Part shown: piece by piece, positions 26,915 to 35,456 of the stretch | How the letters are laid out: every line of letters begins with the position of its first letter | Position numbering within the stretch: the stretch's first letter is position 1 | Origin: an uncultured Gammaproteobacteria bacterium | Lineage (GTDB): Bacteria; Patescibacteriota; Patescibacteriia; Patescibacteriales; UBA12465 | Reading direction: 5' to 3' | NCBI GenBank assembly: GCA_964431235.1 | Contig: CAYSJA010000022.1 | Coordinates: forward strand, 1-63,223 | DNA length: 63,223 nucleotides | The notes under the pieces: generated by a model | The model's input: only the letters and a program-made list of their open reading frames with translations | Told to the model about the DNA's origin: nothing | Database searches by the model: none | Program-made: the position numbers and the translations under genes

Positions 26915-28327
26915 ATGATAAAAAGGCTAGATTTAGAAATAAAAAATCCTTGGTGGAAAGATGGGGAGTATTTGATTCCAGAAAAAAGTTTTCCTAAAAG
27001 AGAACTTTATTCTGTTATTAAGAACAATTTAGAGCATTCTTTAATATTGAATATTATAGGTCTAAGGCGTGTCGGGAAAAGCACGATATTAAAACAATTA
27101 ATCTCTTGGCTTTTGGTTGATAAAAAGGTTAATCCCAATAATATTTTCTATTTTCTTTTTGATTATTCCAGCCAAATACAAAAAGCAGAGTTTCTGGATG
27201 AAGTTTTATCTTTTTATTTTAAAGAAGTGATTAATAAACCGGCTTTAACTTTTAAAGAAAGTGAAAAAATATATGTTTTTTTAGATGAAATTCAATATAT
27301 TGAAGATTGGCAATCGATATTAAAGCGTTATTATGATTTATCAAATAAGCGTATTAAATTTATAGTTACTGGTTCACAAAGCGTTCTTTTAAAGGGGAAA
27401 TACCGGGAAAGTTTGGCGGGTAGAATTTTTGATTATTATTTACCACCGATGTCATTTCGTGAATTTTTGAAAATTAATAAAGAGAAGATTGAAATTTTTA
27501 AGCCTTACGATTTATTTAAGCTACCAAGTAATTTTGGGAAATTAAGCCAATTTGATTTATATAATGGAAAAAATATTTATAATTTAAGTAAGGAATATAT
27601 AATTAATGGACAATTCCCAGAGATTAGAAAATTAGCATTACCAGAAAATCGTCAAGAGTATATTATTGAATCAGTGCTTGGTAAGGTTCAAGATGATTGT
27701 ATTCGTCTTTTTAACATTGAAAAAACAAATGAATTTAAGCTAATTACTAGCCATTTGTTAAATAATGTAGGCTCTATATTTGAATTAGCGAATATTGGCA
27801 GAGAAATAGAAATAGCTAGGAAAACGTTAGAAAAATATTTTGAATATCTAAAGGAAAGTTATGTTTTTGAAATACTTTATAAATATCATAAAACCTTGAT
27901 AAAGCGTGGACGATCTTTAAAAAAACTCTATACCCCTTGTGTTAATTTTACTTGTGCTTTAAATCATTATAAGGAGAATCATTTTGATGAGGTGCCTCAG
28001 GTTTTTGGTAAAATTATTGAAAACATTGTTTATAATATTTTAAAATCAAAGTATGGTGGAGATAAAATAAGTGAAACTATTAGTTTTTGGCGCCAAGGAC
28101 AAAAAGAAATTGATTTTATTGTCTTAGAAAAAGAAAAGATATTGGCAGTAGAGGTTAAATTTTCCGATAGTATTAGTTTAAAGAGTTTATCTGTTATTAC
28201 AAATTATATGGATAATAAAAAATTAGAATATGGAGTTATTGTGACGAAAAGTGAGTTAGCTAAAAAGAAAATAAATGGCCAAACGCTATATTATATTCCT
28301 TATTATTTAATTTTAATGTTGGTGTAG
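26915..28327 (+). CDS. AAA+ ATPase (COG1373, AAA_14 + DUF4143) with PD-(D/E)xK-like C-terminus
   Basis: Walker A GLRRVGKSTILKQL, Walker B VFLDEIQYIEDW, C-terminal EIDFIVLEKEKILAVEVKF. ATG 26915 lies downstream of the mapped promoter. Confidence 0.8.
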   Translation: MIKRLDLEIKNPWWKDGEYLIPEKSFPKRELYSVIKNNLEHSLILNIIGLRRVGKSTILKQLISWLLVDKKVNPNNIFYFLFDYSSQIQKAEFLDEVLSFYFKEVINKPALTFKESEKIYVFLDEIQYIEDWQSILKRYYDLSNKRIKFIVTGSQSVLLKGKYRESLAGRIFDYYLPPMSFREFLKINKEKIEIFKPYDLFKLPSNFGKLSQFDLYNGKNIYNLSKEYIINGQFPEIRKLALPENRQEYIIESVLGKVQDDCIRLFNIEKTNEFKLITSHLLNNVGSIFELANIGREIEIARKTLEKYFEYLKESYVFEILYKYHKTLIKRGRSLKKLYTPCVNFTCALNHYKENHFDEVPQVFGKIIENIVYNILKSKYGGDKISETISFWRQGQKEIDFIVLEKEKILAVEVKFSDSISLKSLSVITNYMDNKKLEYGVIVTKSELAKKKINGQTLYYIPYYLILMLV

Positions 28328-28342
28328 AATTATTAATAATAT

Positions 28343-28403
28343 TAATTTAAAAATAGTTTAGCAACCTAAAACGAATGAAAAAACAACTAACCTTAATAAT
28401 TGT
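28343..28403 (+). repeat. 61-nt direct repeat, copy 2 (contains the NUDIX start codon)
   Basis: Same sequence as 26675-26734. It carries ATG 28375 and roughly the first 9 codons of the NUDIX remnant. Confidence 0.85.
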
Positions 28404-28594
28404 GCGCTCTTACGAGAAGATTCTTCTGGGAATGAAAAAACGCGGATAAAGAAATTCTTTATAATAAGATGTGGTCTGATGATATATATTGGTTACCGTC
28501 TTTTTTGAAAAACAAGAAATTTAGAGCTTATTTCCTGTTTGATGAGAATGACCAAGTTTTAAGAAAGGATTTTAAAATAGTTGAGAGAATTTAA
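28375..28594 (+). pseudogene. NUDIX (MutT/MTH1-like) hydrolase remnant, Nudix box deleted and frameshifted
   Basis: N-terminal piece is MKKQLTLIIVRSYEKILLGMKKRG-stop. In another frame: EILYNKMWSDDIYWLPSFLKNKKFRAYFLFDENDQVLRKDFKIVERI-stop. The central ~90 aa, including the Nudix box, is missing. Confidence 0.6.
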
Positions 28595-28638
28595 CATTTA
28601 TAATTTTTATTAATCATATCAAATTCAAGAATAAATAT

Positions 28639-29847
28639 ATGGACATTCAAGAAAAAACAAAAAAAGTAGAAGAAATTTTAAAAAGGGGAGTCATTAAACA
28701 AATTCTGCCCACAGAAAAGGAGTTTAAAGATAAGTTAATAAATGAAAAACTCCGTATATATATTGGCGCTGACCCAACTTCTACTGCCCTTCATTTAAGT
28801 CATGCCAAAAATTACATGTTACTGGAAGAATTTCGTCAACTTGGACACGAAGTGATTGTTCTAATTGGTGATTTTACCGCTAGAATTGGTGATCCTTCTG
28901 GCAAAGAGACGGCTCGGTCACAATTAACAAGAGATGATGTTGTAAAAAATGTTAATAGTTGGTTGGCACAAATTAAGCCGCTGATGGATTTCTCAGCTAA
29001 GAATAATCCGCCTAAAGTATTATATAATCATGATTGGTTAGCAAAATTAACAATGGAAGATGTGGTTAGCTTAGCTTCCAAGGTTACCGTTCAACAGATG
29101 CTTGAACGTGATATGTTTGAAAAAAGAATGAAAGAAGAAAAACCAATTTATTTACATGAATTTATGTATCCTTTAATGCAGGGCTATGATAGCATAGCGA
29201 TGGATGTTGATGTTGAGCTCTGTGGCACTGATCAAATTTTTAATGCTTTAATGGGTAGAACGCTTTTAAAAAAATTAAAGAATAAAGAGAAGTTTGTGGT
29301 AGCGGTTAATTTGATGGAAAATCCAGTCAATGGTGAACTGATGTCTAAGAGTAAAGGCACTGGTATATTTTTGGATTTTTCCACAAGTGATATTTATGGT
29401 GCGATTATGGCGCAACCTGATGAAATGACCAAAGTTTTTTTAATTAATAACACTAGATTACCATTGGAAACTATTACTGAACTAGAAAAGGAATTGGGAC
29501 CTAAAGAATATAAGATGAGGGCTGCTTTTGAAGTAGTTAAAGTTTTTCGTGGTGAAGAAGAGGCAAAAAAAGCACAGGCGGATTTTGTTCTTCGTTTTCA
29601 GAAAAAAGAGATACCCGATGAAATGGTAGAAGTTGTAATAAAGAAAGACACAAATGATTTGTTAAGTATAGTAAAACAATGTCTGCCAGAAGAAAGCATG
29701 AGCAATATTAAGCGCTTGATTGAACAAGGGAGTGTGAAGATTCAAGGGAGGGAAGTAAAAAAAGATGCACATGAAAAGATTATTGTTGATTCAGCTGATC
29801 TTGTCTTGAAAGTTGGGAAAAGAAATTGGTTCAGGGTTAAAAAATAG
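28639..29847 (+). CDS. tyrS: tyrosine--tRNA ligase
   Basis: HIGH-type ALHLSHAKN, GDPSGKETAR, KMSKS-type LMSKSKG, C-terminal S4-like domain. Confidence 0.9.
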   Translation: MDIQEKTKKVEEILKRGVIKQILPTEKEFKDKLINEKLRIYIGADPTSTALHLSHAKNYMLLEEFRQLGHEVIVLIGDFTARIGDPSGKETARSQLTRDDVVKNVNSWLAQIKPLMDFSAKNNPPKVLYNHDWLAKLTMEDVVSLASKVTVQQMLERDMFEKRMKEEKPIYLHEFMYPLMQGYDSIAMDVDVELCGTDQIFNALMGRTLLKKLKNKEKFVVAVNLMENPVNGELMSKSKGTGIFLDFSTSDIYGAIMAQPDEMTKVFLINNTRLPLETITELEKELGPKEYKMRAAFEVVKVFRGEEEAKKAQADFVLRFQKKEIPDEMVEVVIKKDTNDLLSIVKQCLPEESMSNIKRLIEQGSVKIQGREVKKDAHEKIIVDSADLVLKVGKRNWFRVKK

Positions 29848-29893
29848 CAAAACAATTGTTTTTCCTTGTCTTTTTCTTATACCCCAGATTTAT

Positions 29894-29922
29894 TTGACAT
29901 TTCATAGTATCTTATGTATAAT
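29894..29922 (+). promoter_or_regulatory. consensus sigma70-type promoter of ATPase paralogue 2
   Basis: TTGACA-N17-TATAAT, a perfect match. Confidence 0.7.
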
Positions 29923-29946
29923 TAGTTATATCTTTTTATACATTGA

Positions 29947-31131
29947 ATGCTAAAAAAATTATATATATTTATGCAAAGACATCTTGACTCAGTGATAAGT
30001 CAACATTTTAATAATTATAAGCAAATTCTTATTTTGCTTGGTTCAAGGCAGGTTGGGAAAACAACATTGATAAAAAAATTATTTAAATCTGCTAATTATT
30101 TTCTGGTTGATAATGAACCGATTAAGAAAATTTTAGAAACCTATGATGTTGAAACATATAAAACTTTACTAAATAAAAAATTTAAAAAAATTATTATTGA
30201 TGAAATACATTTATTATCTGATCCAGGCAGATGTGCTAAGATTATTTATGATCAGTTAGAAAGTGTAGAGCTTATTATAACTGGATCATCTTCTTTTCAT
30301 ATTAAAAATAAAACAGGAGAAAGTTTAGCGGGAAGAAAAATAGATTATTATATCTATCCTTTGACTTTCTCGGAATATCTCAATCAAACAGGGGTTGAGA
30401 AAGAATTAAATTTTAAAATATTAAATAAAATAACAGAAGAAAAAATTCAAGATACTTTATACAAATTTGATATAAACGCAATTTTAGACAATGTTTTGGT
30501 GTATGGACAATATCCGTATGCAATTAATTATCCGAGAGATAAAAAATATTTGCAAAATTTTGTAGATAGTTTAATTTTTAAAGATATTTTAGAGCTCAAT
30601 TTAATTGAGGATAAAAAATTAGCCCGTGATTTATTAAAACTTTTAAGTTTGCAAATTGGTAATTTAATAAACTATTCAGAATTAGCAATTAATTTAAAAG
30701 CTGACCAAAGAAAGATTAAGCGATATATTGAAATGTTTGAACAAAGTTTTATCTTATTCAGACTTTATCCTTACTCTAAAAATAAGAGAGATGAAATTTC
30801 TAAATCTGCAAAAATATATTTTTATGATACGGGGGTAAGAAATGCCCTAATAGATGATTTTTCGGAATTAAATTTAAGGACTGATAAGGGAGCTTTGTTT
30901 GAAAATTTTATTATTAGCGAACTTATAAAGCAAAATAGTTATGCCGATAAAAATTTTAAATTCTATTACTGGCGAACAAAGCAAGGATCGGAAGTTGATT
31001 TAGTGATTGAAGGTAAAGATAAACTTATTGGCGTTGAACTTAAATATAAACATAAATCTATAAATAAAGCTTTTAAAAACAGGTATAGTGAGGCTGAATT
31101 AAAAATGATTACATCTAACAATTTTTATTAG
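29947..31131 (+). CDS. AAA+ ATPase (COG1373, AAA_14 + DUF4143) with PD-(D/E)xK-like C-terminus, paralogue 2
   Basis: GSRQVGKTTLIKKL, IIIDEIHLL, ESLAGRKIDYYIYPLTFSEYL, C-terminal EVDLVIEGKDKLIGVELKY. Alternative start at 29971. Confidence 0.8.
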   Translation: MLKKLYIFMQRHLDSVISQHFNNYKQILILLGSRQVGKTTLIKKLFKSANYFLVDNEPIKKILETYDVETYKTLLNKKFKKIIIDEIHLLSDPGRCAKIIYDQLESVELIITGSSSFHIKNKTGESLAGRKIDYYIYPLTFSEYLNQTGVEKELNFKILNKITEEKIQDTLYKFDINAILDNVLVYGQYPYAINYPRDKKYLQNFVDSLIFKDILELNLIEDKKLARDLLKLLSLQIGNLINYSELAINLKADQRKIKRYIEMFEQSFILFRLYPYSKNKRDEISKSAKIYFYDTGVRNALIDDFSELNLRTDKGALFENFIISELIKQNSYADKNFKFYYWRTKQGSEVDLVIEGKDKLIGVELKYKHKSINKAFKNRYSEAELKMITSNNFY

Positions 31132-31156
31132 CACTTATTGTAAAAAAATATAAACT

Positions 31157-31303
31157 ATGTCAAATAATCAGAATCAAGCAGAAGATAAAAAGAATAATAG
31201 TATTTGCGAGGCTGAAGAAAAAGCTTTGTCTTTTTGGAAAGAGAATAATATTTTTGAAAAATTAGTTGCTAAAGATGTTCTTATAGATTTCCTGCATTTT
31301 TAA
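31157..31303 (+). pseudogene. N-terminal fragment of a class Ia aminoacyl-tRNA synthetase (IleRS type-2-like)
   Basis: 48-codon ORF MSNNQNQAEDKKNNSICEAEEKALSFWKENNIFEKLVAKDVLIDFLHF. The EEK-x-L-x-FWKEN-x-IFEK block is typical of IleRS N-termini. No catalytic domain follows. Confidence 0.45.
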
Positions 31304-31345
31304 ACCTCAGAAGATGGCAGCCTTAGTGTATCGTGTTCAACAAAT

Positions 31346-31921
31346 ATGATTTGTGAGTATGCCAATGGGGTTGAATGTCTTCAAATTATGAATGAATCTG
31401 ATGATGTAAACAGTCCGCGGCTTAATAGCAAAACATCTTATAATGAAAGCGCTCAGAATAGTAATAGTGAAAACACATTAGGCGGCGAGTTAACTTTACT
31501 TGAAGCAAAAGAAGTAGTCGAAGAATTTGTAAACGATTACTTAATGCCAGACGGTTCAACGGCGAGAATTACTGATATATCCGGAGAGCATGGTTTATAT
31601 AAAGTAATAATCGATATCGAGACCGATATTTTAACAGCCTATTTAACTAAAAGTGGAAAATATTTTTTCCCAGACTCTTTTGATTTAGAAGATTTGTTAA
31701 AAAACAGAAATTTTACGAATGAGGAATTAACATTAGATGAAGCTAAAAAAATCTCAAAACAATTCATTGATACTTATTTAACAAAACCCGATATTGAATC
31801 TAATATTATTGGAATGTATGGAGCGTTTCATGCAAATGATGACGCTTTGTACAGGCTAAAAGTTGCAACCCAATGCCTTATTGGATTATTTAATGTTTAT
31901 AACAAACGAAGAGGGAGATGA
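31346..31921 (+). CDS. hypothetical repeat protein with C-x-Y-x-NGVEC motif, probably frameshifted/decaying
   Basis: 191-aa ORF with two internal LTL-EAK...F(V/I)D-YL repeats. A third repeat fragment and a second CQYDNGVEC motif continue in another frame to 32000. Confidence 0.5.
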   Translation: MICEYANGVECLQIMNESDDVNSPRLNSKTSYNESAQNSNSENTLGGELTLLEAKEVVEEFVNDYLMPDGSTARITDISGEHGLYKVIIDIETDILTAYLTKSGKYFFPDSFDLEDLLKNRNFTNEELTLDEAKKISKQFIDTYLTKPDIESNIIGMYGAFHANDDALYRLKVATQCLIGLFNVYNKRRGR

Positions 31922-32017
31922 ATTTGCTGGATCTTGTAATCTTGGTGAGAGTTTGTGCCAGTATGATAATGGTGTAGAGTGCACCTCGGTGCTTGAGTAG
32001 AGATAAATACATATATC

Positions 32018-32046
32018 TTGAAAAAATAATGTTTTTATTGTATAAT
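32018..32046 (+). promoter_or_regulatory. sigma70-type promoter of lemA-SPFH-htpX
   Basis: TTGAAA-N17-TATAAT. Confidence 0.6.
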
Positions 32047-32092
32047 CCTTATTAGATTGGATATTTTTAATTAATTTAATAAATAAAAAAGT

Positions 32093-32656
32093 ATGACTGC
32101 TTTATACATAATTTTAGGAATTGTCGTTGTAATAATTATAGCGGTAATTTCTTTGTATAACGGGCTAATTCGCCTAAAAAACCGAGTAAATGAGGCTTGG
32201 AGTGATATTGATGTGCAACTAAAAAGACGTTATGACCTTATTCCAAATTTAATAGAAACAGTTAAGGGTTATGCTGCCCATGAAAGAGAGACTTTAGAGA
32301 AGGTAATAAATGCCAGAAACGCAGCCATGGCTGCCCAGAGTACTGGTGACGCTAAGGCGCAAGGTGAGGCAGAAAATGCTTTATCTGGAACCTTGAAATC
32401 AATTTTTGCCTTAGCAGAAAGTTATCCTGATTTAAAGGCTAATCAAAATTTTTTAGAGTTGCAGAGAGAATTATCTGATACAGAAAACAAGATTCAATCT
32501 TCCCGTCGTTTCTATAATGGCAATGTCCGTGATTTCAATACTAAGATTCAGACTTTCCCCAACAACATTATTGCTGGCTGGTTAAAATTTTCTGAGCGTA
32601 AATTTTTTGAGATTGAAAATGAGGAAGAAAGAAAGAATGTAAAGGTAGAATTTTAA
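32093..32656 (+). CDS. lemA: LemA family protein
   Basis: N-terminal TM, then AWSDIDVQLKRRYDLIPNLIETVKGYAAHE. Confidence 0.9.
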   Translation: MTALYIILGIVVVIIIAVISLYNGLIRLKNRVNEAWSDIDVQLKRRYDLIPNLIETVKGYAAHERETLEKVINARNAAMAAQSTGDAKAQGEAENALSGTLKSIFALAESYPDLKANQNFLELQRELSDTENKIQSSRRFYNGNVRDFNTKIQTFPNNIIAGWLKFSERKFFEIENEEERKNVKVEF

Positions 32657-32681
32657 TTAGTTTTTTTTTAATTATAAATAT

Positions 32682-33482
32682 ATGGGGATTTCAATTTATC
32701 TTATAATAATAGTAGTAATATTTTTTTTATCTAGCTTAAAGCAGATTAATGAATATGAGCGCGGGGTAAAGTTTACCATGGGTAAATATGGCGGTATTAT
32801 GGGGCCTGGCTGGCGTTTTTTATGGCCTATTTTCCAAACCTATAAAAAAATAGATATGAGAGTAAAGGCGGTTGATGTCCCAGATCAGAAAGCGATTACT
32901 CGTGATAATGTGCCAGTAATGGTGAACGCAGTTATTTATTATAAGGTAATTAATGCAAATAAAGCAGTAATTGAAGTTGAAAACTTTTATCACGCTATTT
33001 CTCAATATGCCCAAACTACTATGCGCAATATAGTCGGTGAGGTTACTCTAGATGAACTTTTAGCACAAAGAGAAAAAATTGCTGATAGAATAAGAGAGAT
33101 AGTCGACAAAGAAACTGATGCTTGGGGACTCAAGGTAAATAATGTTGAGCTTAAAGATGTCTCTTTACCATCTTCTATGGAGCGTACTATTGCTAAACAA
33201 GCAGAGGCGGAAAGAGAAAAACGAGCTGTTATTATCAATTCAGAAGGTGAAGTAGCAGCAGCTGCTAATTTATCTAAGGCCGCGGAAATGCTGTCTAATT
33301 CTCGGGGAGCTCTTCATTTAAGAACTTTACAATCAATGAACGATCTTTCCTCAGATCAGTCTAATACAATCGTATTTATGACTCCGATTGAAGTTTTAAA
33401 AGCATTTGAAGGTTTTGGTAATTCCTTTAAAAAAGGAATTGATATAAAAAAAGATGTTGATATAGTAAAAGATAGTGAATAG
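32682..33482 (+). CDS. SPFH/Band 7 (stomatin/slipin-like) membrane protein
   Basis: N-terminal TM, VPDQKAITRDNVPVMVNAVIYYKV, AEAEREKRA coiled region. Confidence 0.9.
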   Translation: MGISIYLIIIVVIFFLSSLKQINEYERGVKFTMGKYGGIMGPGWRFLWPIFQTYKKIDMRVKAVDVPDQKAITRDNVPVMVNAVIYYKVINANKAVIEVENFYHAISQYAQTTMRNIVGEVTLDELLAQREKIADRIREIVDKETDAWGLKVNNVELKDVSLPSSMERTIAKQAEAEREKRAVIINSEGEVAAAANLSKAAEMLSNSRGALHLRTLQSMNDLSSDQSNTIVFMTPIEVLKAFEGFGNSFKKGIDIKKDVDIVKDSE

Positions 33483-33511
33483 CGTGGTTTTTTAAATATT
33501 ATTAGAAAGAT

Positions 33512-34414
33512 ATGGCAACTTTGTATAACCACAGTGATACTAACCGACGAAAAACCTGGGCTCTTCTGGCCGGGTTTTTTGTCTTTGTTATTTTAGTTGG
33601 CTATATTTTTAGCGTAGCTCTAGAAAACGTTACTATTTTATATATAGCAGTTTTTATTAGTATTTTTTCTAGTTTTTTTAGTTATTGGTATAGTGATAAG
33701 CTGGTTTTAAGAATGAGTAAGGCTAAAGAGATAAAACGGGAAGATAATTTAGAACTCTACCGTTTGGTAGAAAATCTTTGCATTACCGCTGGTTTGCCGG
33801 TTCCTAAAATTTATATAATAAATGATAGCGCCCCCAATGCTTTTGCTACCGGCAGGAATCCTGAAAAAGCGGTAATCGCTGTTACTTCCGGTTTGTTAAA
33901 TAAGCTTGATAGATCTGAGTTGGAAGGAGTTGTCGCTCATGAATTATCTCATATTGGGAACCGCGATATTTTACTTGCCACTTTAGTTACGGTTTTAGTC
34001 GGTTTAATAGTTTTACTTGCTGATTGGTTTATAAGAATTTCTTTTTTTAGTCGTCGAAATAGTGATAATAAAAATGGGCAATTACAGGTTTTGGTAATGA
34101 TAGCAGCTATTATATTAGCTATTCTAGCACCTATTTTTGCTTATATGATGCAGTTTGCAATTTCAAGAAAGAGAGAATTTTTAGCTGATGCCGACGGTGC
34201 TTTATTAACTCGTTATCCAGAAGGATTGGCTCGTGCTTTAGAAAAGATTGCCCAAGATCCCGAATCCTTGAAAGCGGCTAATCGGGCTACTGCCCATCTT
34301 TATATATCTTCACCTTTAAAAGGGAAAAGCCGGCGGCTCGGTTTGTTTGCTCGTGCTTTCATGACTCATCCACCGACAGAAGAGAGGATAAAAAGATTGC
34401 GAGAAATGGGTTGA
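33512..34414 (+). CDS. htpX: zinc metalloprotease HtpX (M48)
   Basis: HELSHIGNRD, four TM segments, C-terminal THPPTEERI. Confidence 0.9.
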   Translation: MATLYNHSDTNRRKTWALLAGFFVFVILVGYIFSVALENVTILYIAVFISIFSSFFSYWYSDKLVLRMSKAKEIKREDNLELYRLVENLCITAGLPVPKIYIINDSAPNAFATGRNPEKAVIAVTSGLLNKLDRSELEGVVAHELSHIGNRDILLATLVTVLVGLIVLLADWFIRISFFSRRNSDNKNGQLQVLVMIAAIILAILAPIFAYMMQFAISRKREFLADADGALLTRYPEGLARALEKIAQDPESLKAANRATAHLYISSPLKGKSRRLGLFARAFMTHPPTEERIKRLREMG

Positions 34415-34471
34415 TTTTAAATTATAAAAGATTTTAAATTATAAAATGTTAAATAATTAAATTTTAATTTT

Positions 34472-35419
34472 ATGACTACTAAAGATATTTATAACTTGGC
34501 GATTAAGTTAGGCATAGAGTCTGATTTACGCGGCAAGAATAAGGTAAAAAAATATTTAAAGCGTTTAGAAAAAAAATATAATGATTTGCCGGATAAGAAA
34601 AAAATTGATTTTGATAAAGAAAAATTGAACAACCCTTACTCTGATTCTCGGATCCTTTTTTCTAGCGGTAAAAAAATAAATAAAATTTTAGCTGGTATAG
34701 ATATGGAAACGCCGGAACTTCTTTTAGCCAAGGAACTGGGTGATATTGATTTAGTTTTAGCCCATCATCCAGAAGGCGTGGCTTTAGCTGATTTGTCTGA
34801 TGTTATGGCACTCCAATCCCAAGTACTGGCTGATTATGGCGTGCCGATAAATATCGCTGAATCATTAATAAAGCCGCGTATTAGTGAAGTAAATCGCGGT
34901 GTTTCCCCGATAAACCATAACCGGGCAGTTCAGGTAGCCCAGATATTAGGACTTGATTTTATATGTCTACATACTCCAGCTGATAATTTAGGAGCCAATT
35001 TTTTAGTCAGATTGTTTAAAGAAAAAGAAAGTGAATTAGAGACAGTTGGCGATATTATTGAGCTTTTAGAAAGTATACCGGAATATAAGGAAGCCAAGAA
35101 GAGCAAGACTGGTCCGATTATTTTCGTTGGTGACGAAGATAATAGTTGCGGCCGTATTGTGGTTACTGAATTTACCGGTGGCACTTCCGGCTCCAAAGAT
35201 ATTTATGAAAAAATGTCCCAATATGGTATAGGTACTGTTATCGGTATGCATATGTCGGAAGAGCATCGCAAAGAGGCAGAAAAATACCATATTAATGTAG
35301 TAATAGCCGGCCATATGGCGTCTGATTCTTTAGGAATGAATTTATTACTTGATGAGATTGAAAAACAGAAAATAGAAGTAATGCCGATCAGTGGCCTTAT
35401 TAGGGTAAAACGTTTTTAA
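34472..35419 (+). CDS. NIF3 (DUF34)-like dinuclear metal-centre protein
   Basis: LAHHPEG, CLHTPADN and IAGHMASD resemble the NIF3 metal-ligand motifs. The assignment is tentative. Confidence 0.5.
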   Translation: MTTKDIYNLAIKLGIESDLRGKNKVKKYLKRLEKKYNDLPDKKKIDFDKEKLNNPYSDSRILFSSGKKINKILAGIDMETPELLLAKELGDIDLVLAHHPEGVALADLSDVMALQSQVLADYGVPINIAESLIKPRISEVNRGVSPINHNRAVQVAQILGLDFICLHTPADNLGANFLVRLFKEKESELETVGDIIELLESIPEYKEAKKSKTGPIIFVGDEDNSCGRIVVTEFTGGTSGSKDIYEKMSQYGIGTVIGMHMSEEHRKEAEKYHINVVIAGHMASDSLGMNLLLDEIEKQKIEVMPISGLIRVKRF

Positions 35420-35456
35420 GAATTAGTTTTTAATTTAAAGAAGAAAAGATAAAAAC

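Noticed and set aside
28595-28638. T-box or other leader regulation upstream of tyrS, and similarly upstream of aspS, proS and alaS.
   Set aside because: The upstream spacers are only about 5-60 nt, far too short for T-box leaders, and no specifier or antiterminator structures are visible.
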